From Macrostomum hystrix (taxonomy: Eukaryota; Animalia; Platyhelminthes): DNA of 64,000 bases. The translations under genes and the position numbers were made by a program. The notes beneath the pieces are model-generated. The model ran no database searches. It saw only the letters and a list, made by a program, of their open reading frames with translations, and was not told the DNA's origin. Every line of letters begins with the position of its first letter. Position 1 is the first letter of the stretch. Where the stretch lies: positions 744,001 to 808,000 of the forward strand of contig CATNEN010000005.1 in assembly GCA_950097015.1 (NCBI GenBank). The letters run 5' to 3'. Of the stretch, positions 36,588-49,501 are shown one piece after another.

Positions 36588-36854
36588 TTAATCAGAATCA
36601 TCTGTTGAGTCGTCTTTCAGTTGGAGTAATATCCGATTTGTAGAGTCCAATAGCTTTAATAATTGCATTTTGGCTTCGATAAATTCTCCCTCAACGATGT
36701 GAATATTTGCTGATTTTGATTTTAATTCATCAAATCTAGCAAAAGCCGTATTGCCACGCTCCAGCATGTTATCTAACTGCTCTAGAGCACTGGCCTGGGC
36801 AGCTCGAGTTAAAGCAATGGCATCTCCTGTTGTTTTACGACGCTTCGCTTCCAT
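36588..36854 (-). CDS. Small hypothetical protein, 88 aa (MEAKRRK...LKDDSTDDSD), predicted helical
   Basis: Acceptor TTTTGCAG ends at 36871, 16 nt before the ATG at 36854. The frame is open to TAA and has a basic NLS-like start, amphipathic helical composition and an acidic tail. No homolog recognised. Confidence 0.45.
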   Translation of the reverse strand: MEAKRRKTTGDAIALTRAAQASALEQLDNMLERGNTAFARFDELKSKSANIHIVEGEFIEAKMQLLKLLDSTNRILLQLKDDSTDDSD

Positions 36855-38940
36855 TGCAGTGTTTTCGGAGCTGCAAAATTGTGCGAAAAATACACGGAAT
36901 AAGAGTGAAGAAACTGCAAAAATCAAACTTCCTTCGAAGTAAATGACCAAAAATAAACTTAAGCATGGAGGCTTATACATCTCATTTCAATGCCCTTTTT
37001 TAACATCAGCATCAAAATCAGAGAGCGCTTTGTGGTGCAGGCTGGGCTCTCAAGCAAGCAGAAGATAACACATGTAATTATCTTTGAAAAACAATGTTTT
37101 TACTTCAGCCCATACCAATAGGTCAGAAAATGAACAGCAACTTCTACCTGTCTGTGCTGGTGAAAGATGGGCCCACCATTTGTGACAAGCAGAATGAACT
37201 GTGTGTGGCTGGCCCACTTCAGGACAAGGCAGCTCCACATTGAAAGTAAAGTGTGCTAGATACATTTCTTTCTAACTTTGTAACTCAGACTCACTAACTT
37301 CTTTGTTAGCAATATGCTAATATATATAAGGCATATAAGGCATAGCTTTAGAAAATAAAAAATATAAGAAAACATATTTTAGGCTAGAAGATAATAAAAG
37401 ATTACAGGCTAAAAAGGACACATAGTTTACTAAGGCCAGTGTGTAATATGAAGAACACCAAACTAACAAAATTATTTTTATGCGTAGGCCCCCATATTAG
37501 CTTGGGAAGTGGCCAATAAATCAATCTTTAGTAGCAAAACCTTAGCTCTAGAAAAATTTACTCACTACAAGTTACTCAACTGATTTAACATCATGGTATG
37601 CTAGTTGAGCAGAGCAGCCATCAGCTTGTGAATGTGATTTACATTCTCTGCATCACCTTGCTATAATAGGACAAAATGCTGTCTAGTGATTCACAAGCTT
37701 AAGTATGGCTGCTTAAGTATGGCTAGTGATTCAGACTCTATTTAAGAGACTACCAACTTTTGCTACCATGGCAGTACTGCAAAACCCCATGAGCTATTGT
37801 TTGACAGGCCTTGATGATAGACAGGTGCCCTACACAGTTGCTGTTTCTGGCTGTTAAGCTATGATGATTAAGTCAACAACTTGGCTAGTCATTCTTCTGA
37901 GACCTACCAGACGAGCAGCTCCCTTTAACTTAAATAAATTCAAATCATTGAATTCACTTTTTTAATTTTTATACAGTATTCTGAGTGAATCCTTGATTTT
38001 TTTAATATTATTATTTAATGGCAAATCTCTTGAAACATTTATCACATTAAAAATACTCTTTGGAATGTTCCTCAAAAAGAAAATTATGCTTTGGAATGTT
38101 TGTCAAATCAAATGAAAATTTTAACAATATGTATGGGGTTAACTATTTTTTCCCTAATACTTATTTGTTAGTTATTCATTCAAAAATGAGATTATTTGTG
38201 CAATTTGTGACATATGCATAAGAAAAACAGATGCAAAAATAGAGAATAAAATCAGAGTAGAAGACAAAGAAAAAATCTGAGAGAGCAAAAGAGAAGAAAA
38301 ATAGAGAAGATGGGGATATATAAATTAGACCAAAGAAATTACAAAAATGTGTCATAATTAAACCTGTAAAACAAACAAGGTTGCAAAATTGTAGTTAGTT
38401 TTACCTTATTTCAAGGAGCATCAATAGATGGGAAACTTAGTCAAACATCTGCTTTGGAATTGAACCCTTTGTCAAACATATACTAATGTCAGATACATAT
38501 ATATGATCAGACAAATAAACAAAGTGTGTACATTTTGGGTAAGGGTTTCTATGGGGGCATTTATATTTGGTTCATTTGGAGTATGACAACCTCAATGCCA
38601 TTGATGATATTAGCTATAGGCCTAGTGGAATCAGATGTAAACAAACATTAGTGGAATAGTTTTTCTATTGCTCAATTTTCTGGTTTATTAAATAAACTAA
38701 AACTAATCAATTGAAGCTCACTTGCCCCCATTGACATGTAGCTTAATTTGATAGAAGCTTCATCAAATAGTTTGATAAAAATTCCATAAACCTGAGTTAA
38801 AGGTTTTAAATTGCATGCTTTCTAAGTTAAGAGCTTTACAACTTTTATCAAGTCAGTTTTGTTAGAAAAGTGACAGTATTTTACTATATACATTTTCTTA
38901 TAAAATAGTGCATATTAATTTTTGGCAGTTGTTATTTGTC

Positions 38941-38986
38941 CAGTTAACCGGACAAATAGCCATTTGATTATTCGTCCGGTTAACTG
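38941..38986. other. 18-bp stem hairpin (1 mismatch, 10-nt loop)
   Basis: CAGTTAACCGGACAAATA / TATTCGTCCGGTTAACTG; a related inverted half-site lies at about 39325-39350. Confidence 0.7.
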
Positions 38987-39943
38987 AGTTATAACTTATA
39001 ACCTTTTAGAAGGGGTTGTAGCGCTACGACGAGAACCTCTATCATTTGTAAGATAAAATAATTAACAAGCTGCAAAAGGACAGTCATTCAGATTTGAAGT
39101 TTGTCTCAAATTATTTTTGCTTATCAGCTAATTAAAAAAATTAAAACCCTTTCCAGAAATTTGGTTATTTCAGGGACTAACTTAGTTCAAGGGTATAGTT
39201 TGGTCTTTGTGAGGTCAAGACTCAAGATGGCTCTCAGCAGGGCAAGAGTGGTCTTTGGGAGGATTGTTGCTCCTGCTCATTAAAAGGGGAGAAATTAAGT
39301 CCTTGGGTGGTTAGGCTAGGCCTAACCAGACGAATAATCAAACAACTAACTTAATTTTTTGCTAGGCCTAGTAAGAGCTATGAGGATATATATATATATA
39401 TTTTTGTAGGACCTACAAATAAAAGTCCTTGGCAATGATTACAGTTTGTTTTCATAATTTGGCATAAACCCATGACATAGAGTAGATTATTTTTCTTAAC
39501 ACTCTCAATTTTTTTGCTTAATAATTTGGCTGGAATATGATTATGGTCTTGCTGCAAAGAAAGGAACTACTTTCTAGTTGCAAAAGTGAGCTTAAAAACT
39601 GTGAATACGGATTAAAACGAATGGGTGTAACTTCGCATCTGAACTTGGTGAATACTGCGAAAAGTCTGCAAGTGTGAGGTTTGAAAGGTGTGAGCTAATA
39701 AAGGCCTAATATTAAATTCTTGAAGTTTCTTGATGTTAAGCTAGGCCTATAGGCCTAGTGGAATTAGATGCAAACAAACATTAGTGGAGTAGCTTTTCTA
39801 TTGCTCATTTTTATGTCTTAAAATTTGAATTCAGAGACTAATTTCTTGTGCCCTCTTTGACGTGTGTCCGTTCTGTTGAGTGGTGGCTGGCCGTTTTGGC
39901 ATGTGGCCTTTTTGGCATGTGGCCGTTTTGGCATGAACACGAA

Positions 39944-40371
39944 GGATCCTAGACACTTCGTCATCTTACAACTTCGTCATCCACTTGGAAGGTAGGACAC
40001 TTCGTCATCCAGCCAATTGGCGTGCTTTAAAGTTTGGTCAGTTCGTCATCTACTAGGCCTAATAACAAGCAATCAAGTTCGTCATCAATAAAGTGAGGGT
40101 GGGGTGGTGGGGCAGAGGTGTGAACACACTTCACACTCTAAATTGTCAAAAAGAGGTGTCAAAACTTATTTCATTATAAGAGTTGATAGATAGGTGCCAA
40201 CACGATGTGAGGAGGTGGGGAGGGGTGGTTCTGTTCTAACTTTGAAAACTTTTGTTTTATAGATGACGAAGTGTCCACAAGTCTAAGTCTCTTCGTCATC
40301 CACCCTCTGAGAAATTGAACAGATCGTCATCTGGATGACGAAGTTGTAAGATGACGAACTGTCCAGGTACC
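39944..40371. mobile_element. Non-autonomous Mutator-like MITE, 428 bp
   Basis: 40-bp TIRs (GGATCCTAGACACTTCGTCATCTTACAACTTCGTCATCCA versus the reverse complement of the right end, 4 mismatches). 9-bp TSD GAACACGAA (39935-39943) / GAACACAAA (40372-40380); 9-bp TSDs are characteristic of MULEs. Confidence 0.85.
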
Positions 40372-43078
40372 GAACACAAATGCCTATAAAAATAATTCGC
40401 TGTTTCGAGACTAATATTCGAGATTATTCGAATATTCAAGACTAAATTCTAAATTTGCCCTTATTAATCTATCATTTAAGGAAAATTTTACTTTTTAAAT
40501 ATTTTATCTAGCTTTTTAAGGTATTGTAAAAAATATTAATGATAATTAATATGGTTGCTTTGAATCGTTTGTTTCTCTGTGACTTCGAATTTTTAAACTG
40601 CTTTTTGGCAATTTTCCAGGATATCAGCAATTATGCGTATTATGTTCATAAATTATGTACATGCACATAGTGCGCAACTTTACTTGAGCAAATTTTGTTT
40701 TGGCAACTTAAGTCCTCCATCAGTAGTCGCCTGGAACCAATAGGCAGTTATCAGCTAATATTGGAGTACCCGATCCTGACTACGACAAAGAAAGCTCACA
40801 CCGAAAAAAGCGAGTATCTGAAAAAAGTTAAAACGATCATATTCTACTTCTGCGCTACTTTAATTTATTAATAGGGGCCTAAAGAATCAAATTCAAGACT
40901 CTTCTAGTTCAATCTAAGTTTAATCTAGTTCAAAAGAATATACTAAATGTTGTAGTGCTTCTTTTACAATTGCACTTTCCTAGTAATTCAAATACATATT
41001 ATAAGTGGTTGGCCTAAATTCCTTACTTATTGCCTTCTGTCACTTACTGTGACATATACATTATACCACACCCCTGCTCGGGTGGACTTATGCAAACTAC
41101 TGATAGTTTGGGTAGCGTGGCTCTTTGTCACGATATTTCTGGCCTCCTGCCAGTTATATTCTAGATATTAAATCTAGTTAGATCTGGAGACAATGCTCTC
41201 AGGTGATTCAGACAAGTTTTGTCAGGTAATTCAGGCGCTCTGGCCAGTCTGTACTCGGGCTTCCCCGGATCGGTTTCAACGGCTTCCACTTACTTTAGAA
41301 ATAAGTAAGGCTTTTGTAAGATTGCTCACGAGGAGAATTGAACTGTTTCTAATAATGGGCACGAAACGGTTAGCTATCTAATTGAAACTGGGCTGTATTT
41401 ATAGTAATTTTTCCACGTACGCTGGATATACACTCGGTATATTTTTACATTTTAAACAAATCGAATAAGGCTAATATTACCAGTATACATACAGTATATT
41501 TTTTAGCGCGGATTTAAATTTGACCCACAACATAAACATTCTTCTATGGGCTCAGAAAATTGAAATTCTATGATTTCATTATGATCAATTAACTAGGCCT
41601 ACCAAATCTAGAATAAGATATCAGTATCACTATCAGTCACGAGTTATCAGTTCAAAAGATTGCAAAAGCTTTTTTATATAGAGTAATTAGTTCCTTCTTC
41701 TAATTTCTCATTGTCCTAATATTTGTAGGGGACTACTCCTTGTATGCAAAGTACATAGTCATAGACTATGTTCTGGATTAGTGACCTGGAATTAGACATT
41801 AAGTCTGACACTAACAGGCATTGAAATTAACTCAGGATTGCAATTAATTCAGATTCCTGAAATAGCTGTGGAGCCTGGAGGTCATTTATATTGGAACATA
41901 TAGAGAGCATATTTCTGCACTAGTAATAATGATAAATAATGTTAATGAGTTTAATAGACTGAGTCAAATAATATGCTATTCAGTTATATTATGGCCCTAA
42001 CAATTGAATAGACTCCTAGGCCTAGCCTAGGGATGTATAATAGGCCTAGTAGGAGATTGAGATGATCTAAAAAGATATTTAAAATAAAAATAAACAAATA
42101 ATTCCAAAAATCCATTTTTTCAAATTTTATGCAACTGAAGTTCTTAAATCAGCAGGCAATTATTATCCAATAGTAAAGTTCTTGCTAATGACAAGGGCAT
42201 AAAAAGCTTACTTGCCTCATTGACATTTAGCCACTTCCATGTTTGTCACTGAGTTCTATTAGGTAAGCCTTGCAAATCATTCAAAGCAAGCAAACAATAC
42301 TTAAAGAAACCTACTGAAACATCTATGTAACTCTCTAATTGAATAATTAAATACAACACAACTGTTTATATACAATATAGGCATTATTAATATAGACATT
42401 AGACATCTCATTTATGTCACAGTAGCAATAACTAATTTCAACTACACAACGACCATTTGGACCATAATACTATCTTTAGTGTCTAGGATGCAATCTACAA
42501 ACAAACTTTAGTAAAGATACTATTAGACTATAAAAATAAGTTGTCCTTTGATAGGAAATATTTTTTGTCTACATACAACTGTAATACCATTCTTAGTATA
42601 AATTGATGACTGTCCCAGACTCTAAATTCAAAAGAATTAATTGCAATATTTGACACATAATAAAGCATTCAGGCTATATATACTGTTAGTTGCATCTAGA
42701 TGTAATATTTTGGATTTGTATTTTTAAATTTATGTTACAATTTTTTAAATCTGTCTTAGATTGAGATTAAAACAATTAATCTATTAGATATTACTAAAAG
42801 TTATGTATATATTTGAGCAGATATTCTATGTTTTCTATGCTTTGTTTATATAGCCCTTATAATCCATATTTAATATTCTATAAAAGACAACAAGACTTAG
42901 TTTTTAAAACTTGTAGGCTGAATATAAAAACAAACAAAGGGCATAAACATATAAAAAAGCATTTCAAGTTTCTATTTTATTGTTTTGTTCTTGTCTCACA
43001 AAATTCTTACTAATAACTGCATGTGCTAAATCATTTCATAACTTCAGCAACAACAACTAAACAATTTTATTTTTCAAA

Positions 43079-46000
43079 ATGTCTGATCATGAATCTTATT
43101 CAGACCCAGACTCTCAACCAGCATTAATAAATGAGCAGCAGCAGCAGCAGTATGCTAATCAACCAGCATCACCCAGTTTAGATGACTCAAATTCTGTTAG
43201 CCCTGTTGATCAATATGAACCTCAGCAACAGCAGCCAGACTTTGATAGTAGCCAGGAAAGTGACAATAGTGCATACGAATCTGGGCCAAATCAGCCGGCC
43301 TCGCCAGGTGGAGTAGAGCCAGCCTCGCCAGGTGGAGTAGAGCCAGCCTCGCCAGATGGAGTAGAGCCAGCCTCGCCAGGTGGAGTAGAGCCAGCCTCGC
43401 CAGATGAAGTAGAGCCAGCCCCGCCAGATGGAGTAGAGCCAGCCTCGCCAGATGGAGTAGAACCAGCCTCGCCAGATGGAGTAGAGCCAGCCTCGCCAGA
43501 TGAAGTAGAGCCAGCCCCGCCAGATGGAGTAGAACCAGCCTCGCCAGATGGAGTAGAGCCAGCCTCGCCAGATGGAGTAGAGCCAGCCTCGCCAGATGGA
43601 GTAGAACCAGCCTCGCCAGATGGAGTAGAGCCAGCCTCACCAGATGGAGTAGAGCCAGCCATTGAGTCAGTTATAACGGATCCAGTCGCTAAGAATTCCG
43701 CAGAAATTGAAGCATTAGCTCAAGCCAACGAGGTTGATGTACAAATCTCGCGCGCTGAAGAAGCCGATTCCGCTGTCGTTGAATCGATCGTAGAAATATG
43801 CAACAATGTTGCCACAGTTGAAGCTGTAATTACAGACGAATCTGAACCACAAGAGCCGGCTCAGTCTAACGAAATCATTATTGGCCAATCAGCTGGAGAG
43901 CCATCCAGAAAACGTCATCGTAGCGACGACGACGCCGATAAAGTTGAAGAGGAAGACGAAGAAGGCGATGACGAGTCAGATTTTGAAGGCTTTGAACCAC
44001 CGGAAGCTAAACATCCTAGAAGGCATCGGTCAGCTGTTCTCGACGATGACGACGAAGATAAAAAAGATGCAGAGCAGGTCGATATAGAATCCGGTCAGCA
44101 ACAGCAGGCTACTGGCATCATCAACGACATCTTCGGCGACTCCGACCAAGAGGAAAAAGACGAGGAGGATGGTGACAATGCTGCTGAAGAAGAAGAGTTT
44201 GAAGGCTTCAACCCAGCCGAAGCCGACGATCAGGAAGAGGGCGCCGATGCAGATCGGGGTGACGCTTCTAAAAGCAGCAAAAAGCAGCGTCGCGATTCTT
44301 CTTCCTCATCGTCGTCCGGCGACGAAGGCGTCGATGGAGACGAAGAGCAGCCGGCCGGTTTTCCTGTCTCTGACTTCGACGCCATCATGCAGCGCAAGAA
44401 GGAGGAGCGCAGAAATTCTCGAAAGCGGCGCAGCACAGCTAAGAGCGAGTTCTTGACGGACGCTGATAGCGTCATTACTCACGTGAGTCCTCTGGACTCC
44501 TGGCCGTCCTAGGATCTTCCTAAGAGCACTTTATAGGCTTTACCCTTCATGGAACTCTTTTCCTAGGACTTCAGTAGCTTTCTGTGTCCTTAATCGACCA
44601 CTTGACCTAGGACTTCAGTAGCTATCTGTGTCCTTAATGGGCCACGGGACCTCGAATATCAAAACTATTTTATAAGCTACTTATTAAACTATTATCAGGT
44701 TGTTTACGAAATGCGCGAAGCTGCTCAAAGTGACCGAGAGCTGATGGAGAACGGTCGGCCCGCAACCAAGAAAATGAAGATGCTACCAAAGGTAGGACAA
44801 TGACCAACTGAATCTAGAATGTCTGTATTGTAAACAATGACCAACTGAATCTAGAATGACTGCATTGAGACAATGACCAACTGAATCTAGAATGACTGTA
44901 TTGTAAACAATGACCAACTAGATCTAGAATGACTGCATTGAGACAATGACCAACTAGATCTAGCATGACTGCATTGAGACAATGACCAACTGAATCTAGA
45001 ATGACTGCATTGAGACAATGACCAACTGAATCTAGAATGACTGCATTGAGATAATGACCAACTGAATCTAGAAGGACTGCATTGAGACAATGACCAACTG
45101 AATCTAGAATGACTGCATTGAGATAATGACCAACTGAATCTAGAAGGACTGCATTGAGACAATGACCAACTGAATCTAGAAGGACTGCATTGAGACAATG
45201 ACCAACTGAATCTAGAATGACTGCATTGAGACAATGACCAACTGAATCTAGAATGACTGCATTGAGACAATGACCAACTAGATCTAGCATAACTGCATTG
45301 AGACAATGACCAACTGAATCTAGAATGACTGCATTGAGGCAATGACCAACTGAATCTAGGATGACTGCATTGAGATAATGACCAACTGAATCTAGAAGAA
45401 CTGAATTGAGACAATGACCAACTGAATCTAGAATGACTGTATTGAGACAATGACCAACTGAATCTAGAATGACTGCATTGAAACAATGACCAACTGAATC
45501 TAGAATAACTGTATTGAGACAATGACCAACTGAATCTAGAATGACTGAATTGAGACAATGACCAACTGAATCTAGAATGACTGCATTGAGACAATGACCA
45601 ACTAAATCTAGAATAACTGAATTGAGACAATGACCAACTGAATCTAGAATGACTGTATTGAGACAATGACCAACTGAATCTAGAATGACTGTATTGAGAC
45701 AATGACCAACTGAATCTAGAATGACTGTATTGAAACAATGACCAACTGAATCTAGCATGACGGCATTGAGACAATGACCAACTGAATCTAGAATGACTGT
45801 ATTGAAACAATGACCAACTGAATCTAGAATGACTGTATTGAAACAATGACCAACTGAATCTAGAATGACTGTATTGAGACAATGACCAACTGAATCTAGC
45901 ATGACGGCATTGAGACAATGACCAACTGAATCTAGAATGACTGTATTGAAACAATGACCAACTGAATCTAGAATGACTGTATTGAGACAATGACCAACTG

Positions 46001-47342
46001 AATCTAGAATGACTGTATTGAGACAATGACCAACTAGATTTAGAACCGACCAAGCAACAACTATTTGCTTTGTACACACCAGGTTGTCAGTCTTCTCACT
46101 AAGGCGGATGTTGTATCCAGCCTAAGCGACAGTGCAATTCTGAGCGCCATCACTGAGTGGCTGGCCCCCTGCCCGGATGGCTCGCTGCCTTCGTTGCAAA
46201 TTCGAGAGACGCTGCTCCGCATGCTAGAGACCATACCCGGTATTGATTCGGACGGTCTAGCCAGCAGTGGCTTAGGCAAGGCTGTCATGTATCTCTATAA
46301 GCACAAGCGAGAGTCGCGGCCAAATAAGACCATCTGCGGCCGGTTGATTAACGCCTGGTCTAGGCCTATTTTCCAGCTAACTGACAACTATAGCACCCTG
46401 ACCAAGGAAGAGCGAGAGGAGCGGGACTATGCTAATATTCCCCAGTATAAGAGGGCCACTGATGCCAGGTCGTCTGGTAAGTGTCATTGTCACGGGCATT
46501 TTGCTTGAGAAATTTGATACAGCTGACATGTGGGATAATAGCTACAACTGGCAGGTGGGATAATTGCTACAACTGGCAGGTGGGATAATAGCTACAACTG
46601 CCAGATGGGATAATAGCTACAACTGGCAGGTGGGATAACAGCTACAACTGGCAGGTGGGATAATAGCTACAACTGGCAGGTGGGATAATAGCTACAACTG
46701 GCAGGTGGGATAATAGCTACAACTGGCAGGTGGGATAATAGCTACAACTGGCAGGTGGGATAATAGCTACAACTGGCAGGTGGGATAATAGCTACAACTG
46801 GCAGGTGGGATAATAGCTACAACTGCCAGATGGGATAATTGCTACAACTGGCAGGTGGGATAATAGCTACAACTGCCAGATGGGATAATAGCTACAACTG
46901 GCAGGTGGGATAATAGCTACAACTGGCAGGTGGGATAATAGCTACAACTGGCAGGTGGGATAATAGCTACAACTGGCAGGTGGGATAATAGCTACAACTG
47001 GCAGGTGGGATAATAGCTACAACTGGCAGGTGGGATACTATCTGTCCCTATCTTATGGCTATCCCAGGCCGCGGTGACGACCAGCGCAAAGCCAAGCCGG
47101 GTGAGCCAGGGTACGTGGCCCGCGCCAGAGTGCCGATGCCATCTAACAAAGACTACGTTGTACGGCCGAAGCCTCGCGTTGATGTCGACGCTGTCAGGCT
47201 GGCCTCCTCGGCGCCAAAGAAGCGCGAACGTCAGGTTTGGTTTGAGCGACACGTGCGACAGCTGAAAGACAAGAGCCGCAACAGCAAATCTGTTAAGAAG
47301 GCTGTGGCTATGAGTATTGAAGGTCGCAAGATGGCCCTGTGA
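43079..47342 (+). CDS. IWS1: IWS1 (Spn1) transcription elongation factor, 4 exons, 721 aa
   Basis: Exons 43079-44482, 44699-44791, 46083-46476, 47068-47342 total 2166 nt and are phase-consistent. Acidic N-terminus, SDFDAIMQRKK, TFIIS-N-like domain (LSAITEWLAPCPDGSLPSLQIRE, SGLGKAVMYLYKH, LINAWSRPIF) and C-terminal PGEPGYVARARVPMPSNKDYVVRP and MSIEGRKMAL. Confidence 0.95.
43292..43660 (+). repeat. Coding 24-bp tandem repeat in IWS1 exon 1 (EPASPDGV, about 15 units)
   Basis: In-frame, no indels; visible in the ORF translation. Confidence 0.97.
44797..46045. repeat. 36-bp minisatellite (GACAATGACCAACTGAATCTAGAATGACTGCATTGA), about 35 units, IWS1 intron 2
   Basis: Starts about 5 nt after the donor and ends about 35 nt before the acceptor. 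Confidence 0.97.
46529..47037. repeat. 25-bp minisatellite (GTGGGATAATAGCTACAACTGGCAG), about 20 units, IWS1 intron 3
   Basis: Direct reading. Confidence 0.97.
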
Positions 47343-48004
47343 AGCTTAATCGTTTACTATTTTTGTGGGTGAATGTCTAAAAGTCTTTATTATCGTTTCG
47401 TTTTACCAACAAATCTGTTGCCTCACTGTTACTATCGGCTTTTTTTCTAGAACCAAAATCTTAAAAGCCTGGTTCCGTTAATAATAATAATCATAGTCAG
47501 TAAGACAGTTCAACTGTCGCCGTTGTACAGATGACCGCTCTGAATATTGAAATTTAAAGTAAAACTACATATAATACTTATAATTAATATTATTTTATGT
47601 CTAAGCATCATTGATTAATTATTAATGTTTTTCTGAAAATCATTACGAAATGTTTATTGTTTCCCAATTCCTAAACTATTATCCCACTGTCTGATAAAGT
47701 GGCTTTCAGTTAATTTTAATCAACATATAATGATTAGTTTTCATATTCAAGAATATATATAGTGCTTTAGAAAGCACTAGAATCAGTATGTCCGTCTTTA
47801 GTTGTAGTTTTACTTGCGGAATTGCAGAAAGATCATTAAATAAATAGCTCGTATATAATAATTAAGCTAATAAAGCATTTCATTTTGCCCGCTTATTAAT
47901 TTCATAATTCACTCTGGGCAGTTTTACTTATGCGACTATATCTTTAATTGCTCTGAGCTTTCTTATCTTATTAATTTCATTTATTTATTTAAAGAATGCT
48001 CATA

Positions 48005-48806
48005 CTACCCTTCTAGGAATCTCACCATCTGCCCTTCTGAGAATTCCCCTCTACCCTTTTGGAAATCCCCCCAATGACCTAGGAATCTCTCACTGACCTT
48101 CTTGAAATCTCCCGCACTGACCTAGGAATCTTTCACTGACCTTCTAGAAATCTCCCCCACTGACCTTCTAGAAATCTCCCCCACTGACCTTCTAGAAATC
48201 TCCCCCACTGACCTTCTAGAAATCTCCCCCCGACTGACCTTCTGGGAATCTCCCCAACTATCCTTCTAGCAATCTCCCCCACTGACCTTCTAGAAATCTC
48301 CCCCCACTGACCTTCTGGGAATCTCCCCCTCTATCTTTCTTGGAATCTCCACCCACTGTCCTGGGAATCTCCCCCACTATCCTTCTGGGAATCTCCCCCC
48401 ACTGCCCTGCTAGGAATCTCCCCCACTATCCTTCTGGGAATCCCCCCACTATCCTTCTGGGAATCTCCCCCCACTATCCTTCTGGGAATCTCCCCCCACT
48501 ATCCTTCTGGGAATCTCCCCCCACTGCCCTGCTAGGAATCTCCCCCACTATCCTTCTGGGAATCCCCCCACTATCCTTCTGGGAATCCCCCCACTATCCT
48601 TCTGGGAATCTCCCCCCACTGCCCTGCTAGGAATCTCCCCCACTATCCTTCTGGGAATCCCCCCACTATCCTTCTGGGAATCCCCCCACTATCCTTCTGG
48701 GAATCTCCCCCCACAATCCTTCTGGGAATCTCCCCCCACTGCCCTGCTAGGAATCTCCCCCACTATCCTTCTGGGAATCTCCCCCCACTATCCTTCTGGG
48801 AATCTC
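48005..48806. repeat. About 23-25-bp C-rich minisatellite (GGAATCTCCCCCACTATCCTTCTG) between the convergent IWS1 and MATE genes
   Basis: Direct reading; an orphan 1.5-unit copy lies at about 49079-49117. Confidence 0.95.
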
Positions 48807-49501
48807 TCTATGTTTAATTTTTGTTTTTAAGGCTTGCGTAAACAATAAAGTTTAATTAGCTGATCGAAAACAGTATAAGAAAATGTAGGAATCAAATTAA
48901 ATTGTGTTTTGAGACAATGCTTGTGCAAATAAGAAATTATTCAGGTTGTACATGTAATTTTTGTTGTGGGAGAATCAACTATTTCGTTTGAACGCGGTAT
49001 TATTAGTCTCTGATGATCAATGATAGGTTATATGATGGCAAGTTAAAAGATAGTTTACTGTTTTATTTTTAGCTGCTATAGAAATCTCCCCCACTGACCT
49101 AGGAATCTTTCACTGGCGAATATCTCGCCTTTGCCGATATTTTGTTTTTCTGGAAATTTTTTGAGATACCCCATGGTGTTTCCATTGCAAATAGCTATAA
49201 TACGGCAGTGCAGCATCAGCTGGAGTCGTGAATCGAACCCCTGACCTTCCAGTCATGTCTCCCACTCTCAAACAACAGAAAATATTTTTTACAACGTTGT
49301 CCTGTGACTTCTGCTAACAAATGTTAGCATTAACGTGACAAAATTAAGTTTAATGTGTCTGAAGCAAGACATTTGAAAACGAACGATTTGAAAGCACGAT
49401 TTCAAAGGCAGAAAATTAGTGTTCCGAAATGATTCGAATCGTTGGTTCATATAATAAAGGTAAGTTTGTCCGTTTCGATAGATTTCAAGCTGAGATTACC
49501 A

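Noticed and set aside
37050-37265. Upstream coding exon for the 88-aa ORF
   Set aside because: The only donor-like site (about 37147) would join out of frame.
41500-41520. E2F/CDE-CHR cell-cycle element upstream of IWS1
   Set aside because: Spacing does not fit the canonical CDE-4nt-CHR arrangement and no start site is evident.
44814-46079. 421/396-aa antisense ORFs in IWS1 intron 2
   Set aside because: 36-bp array artefact.
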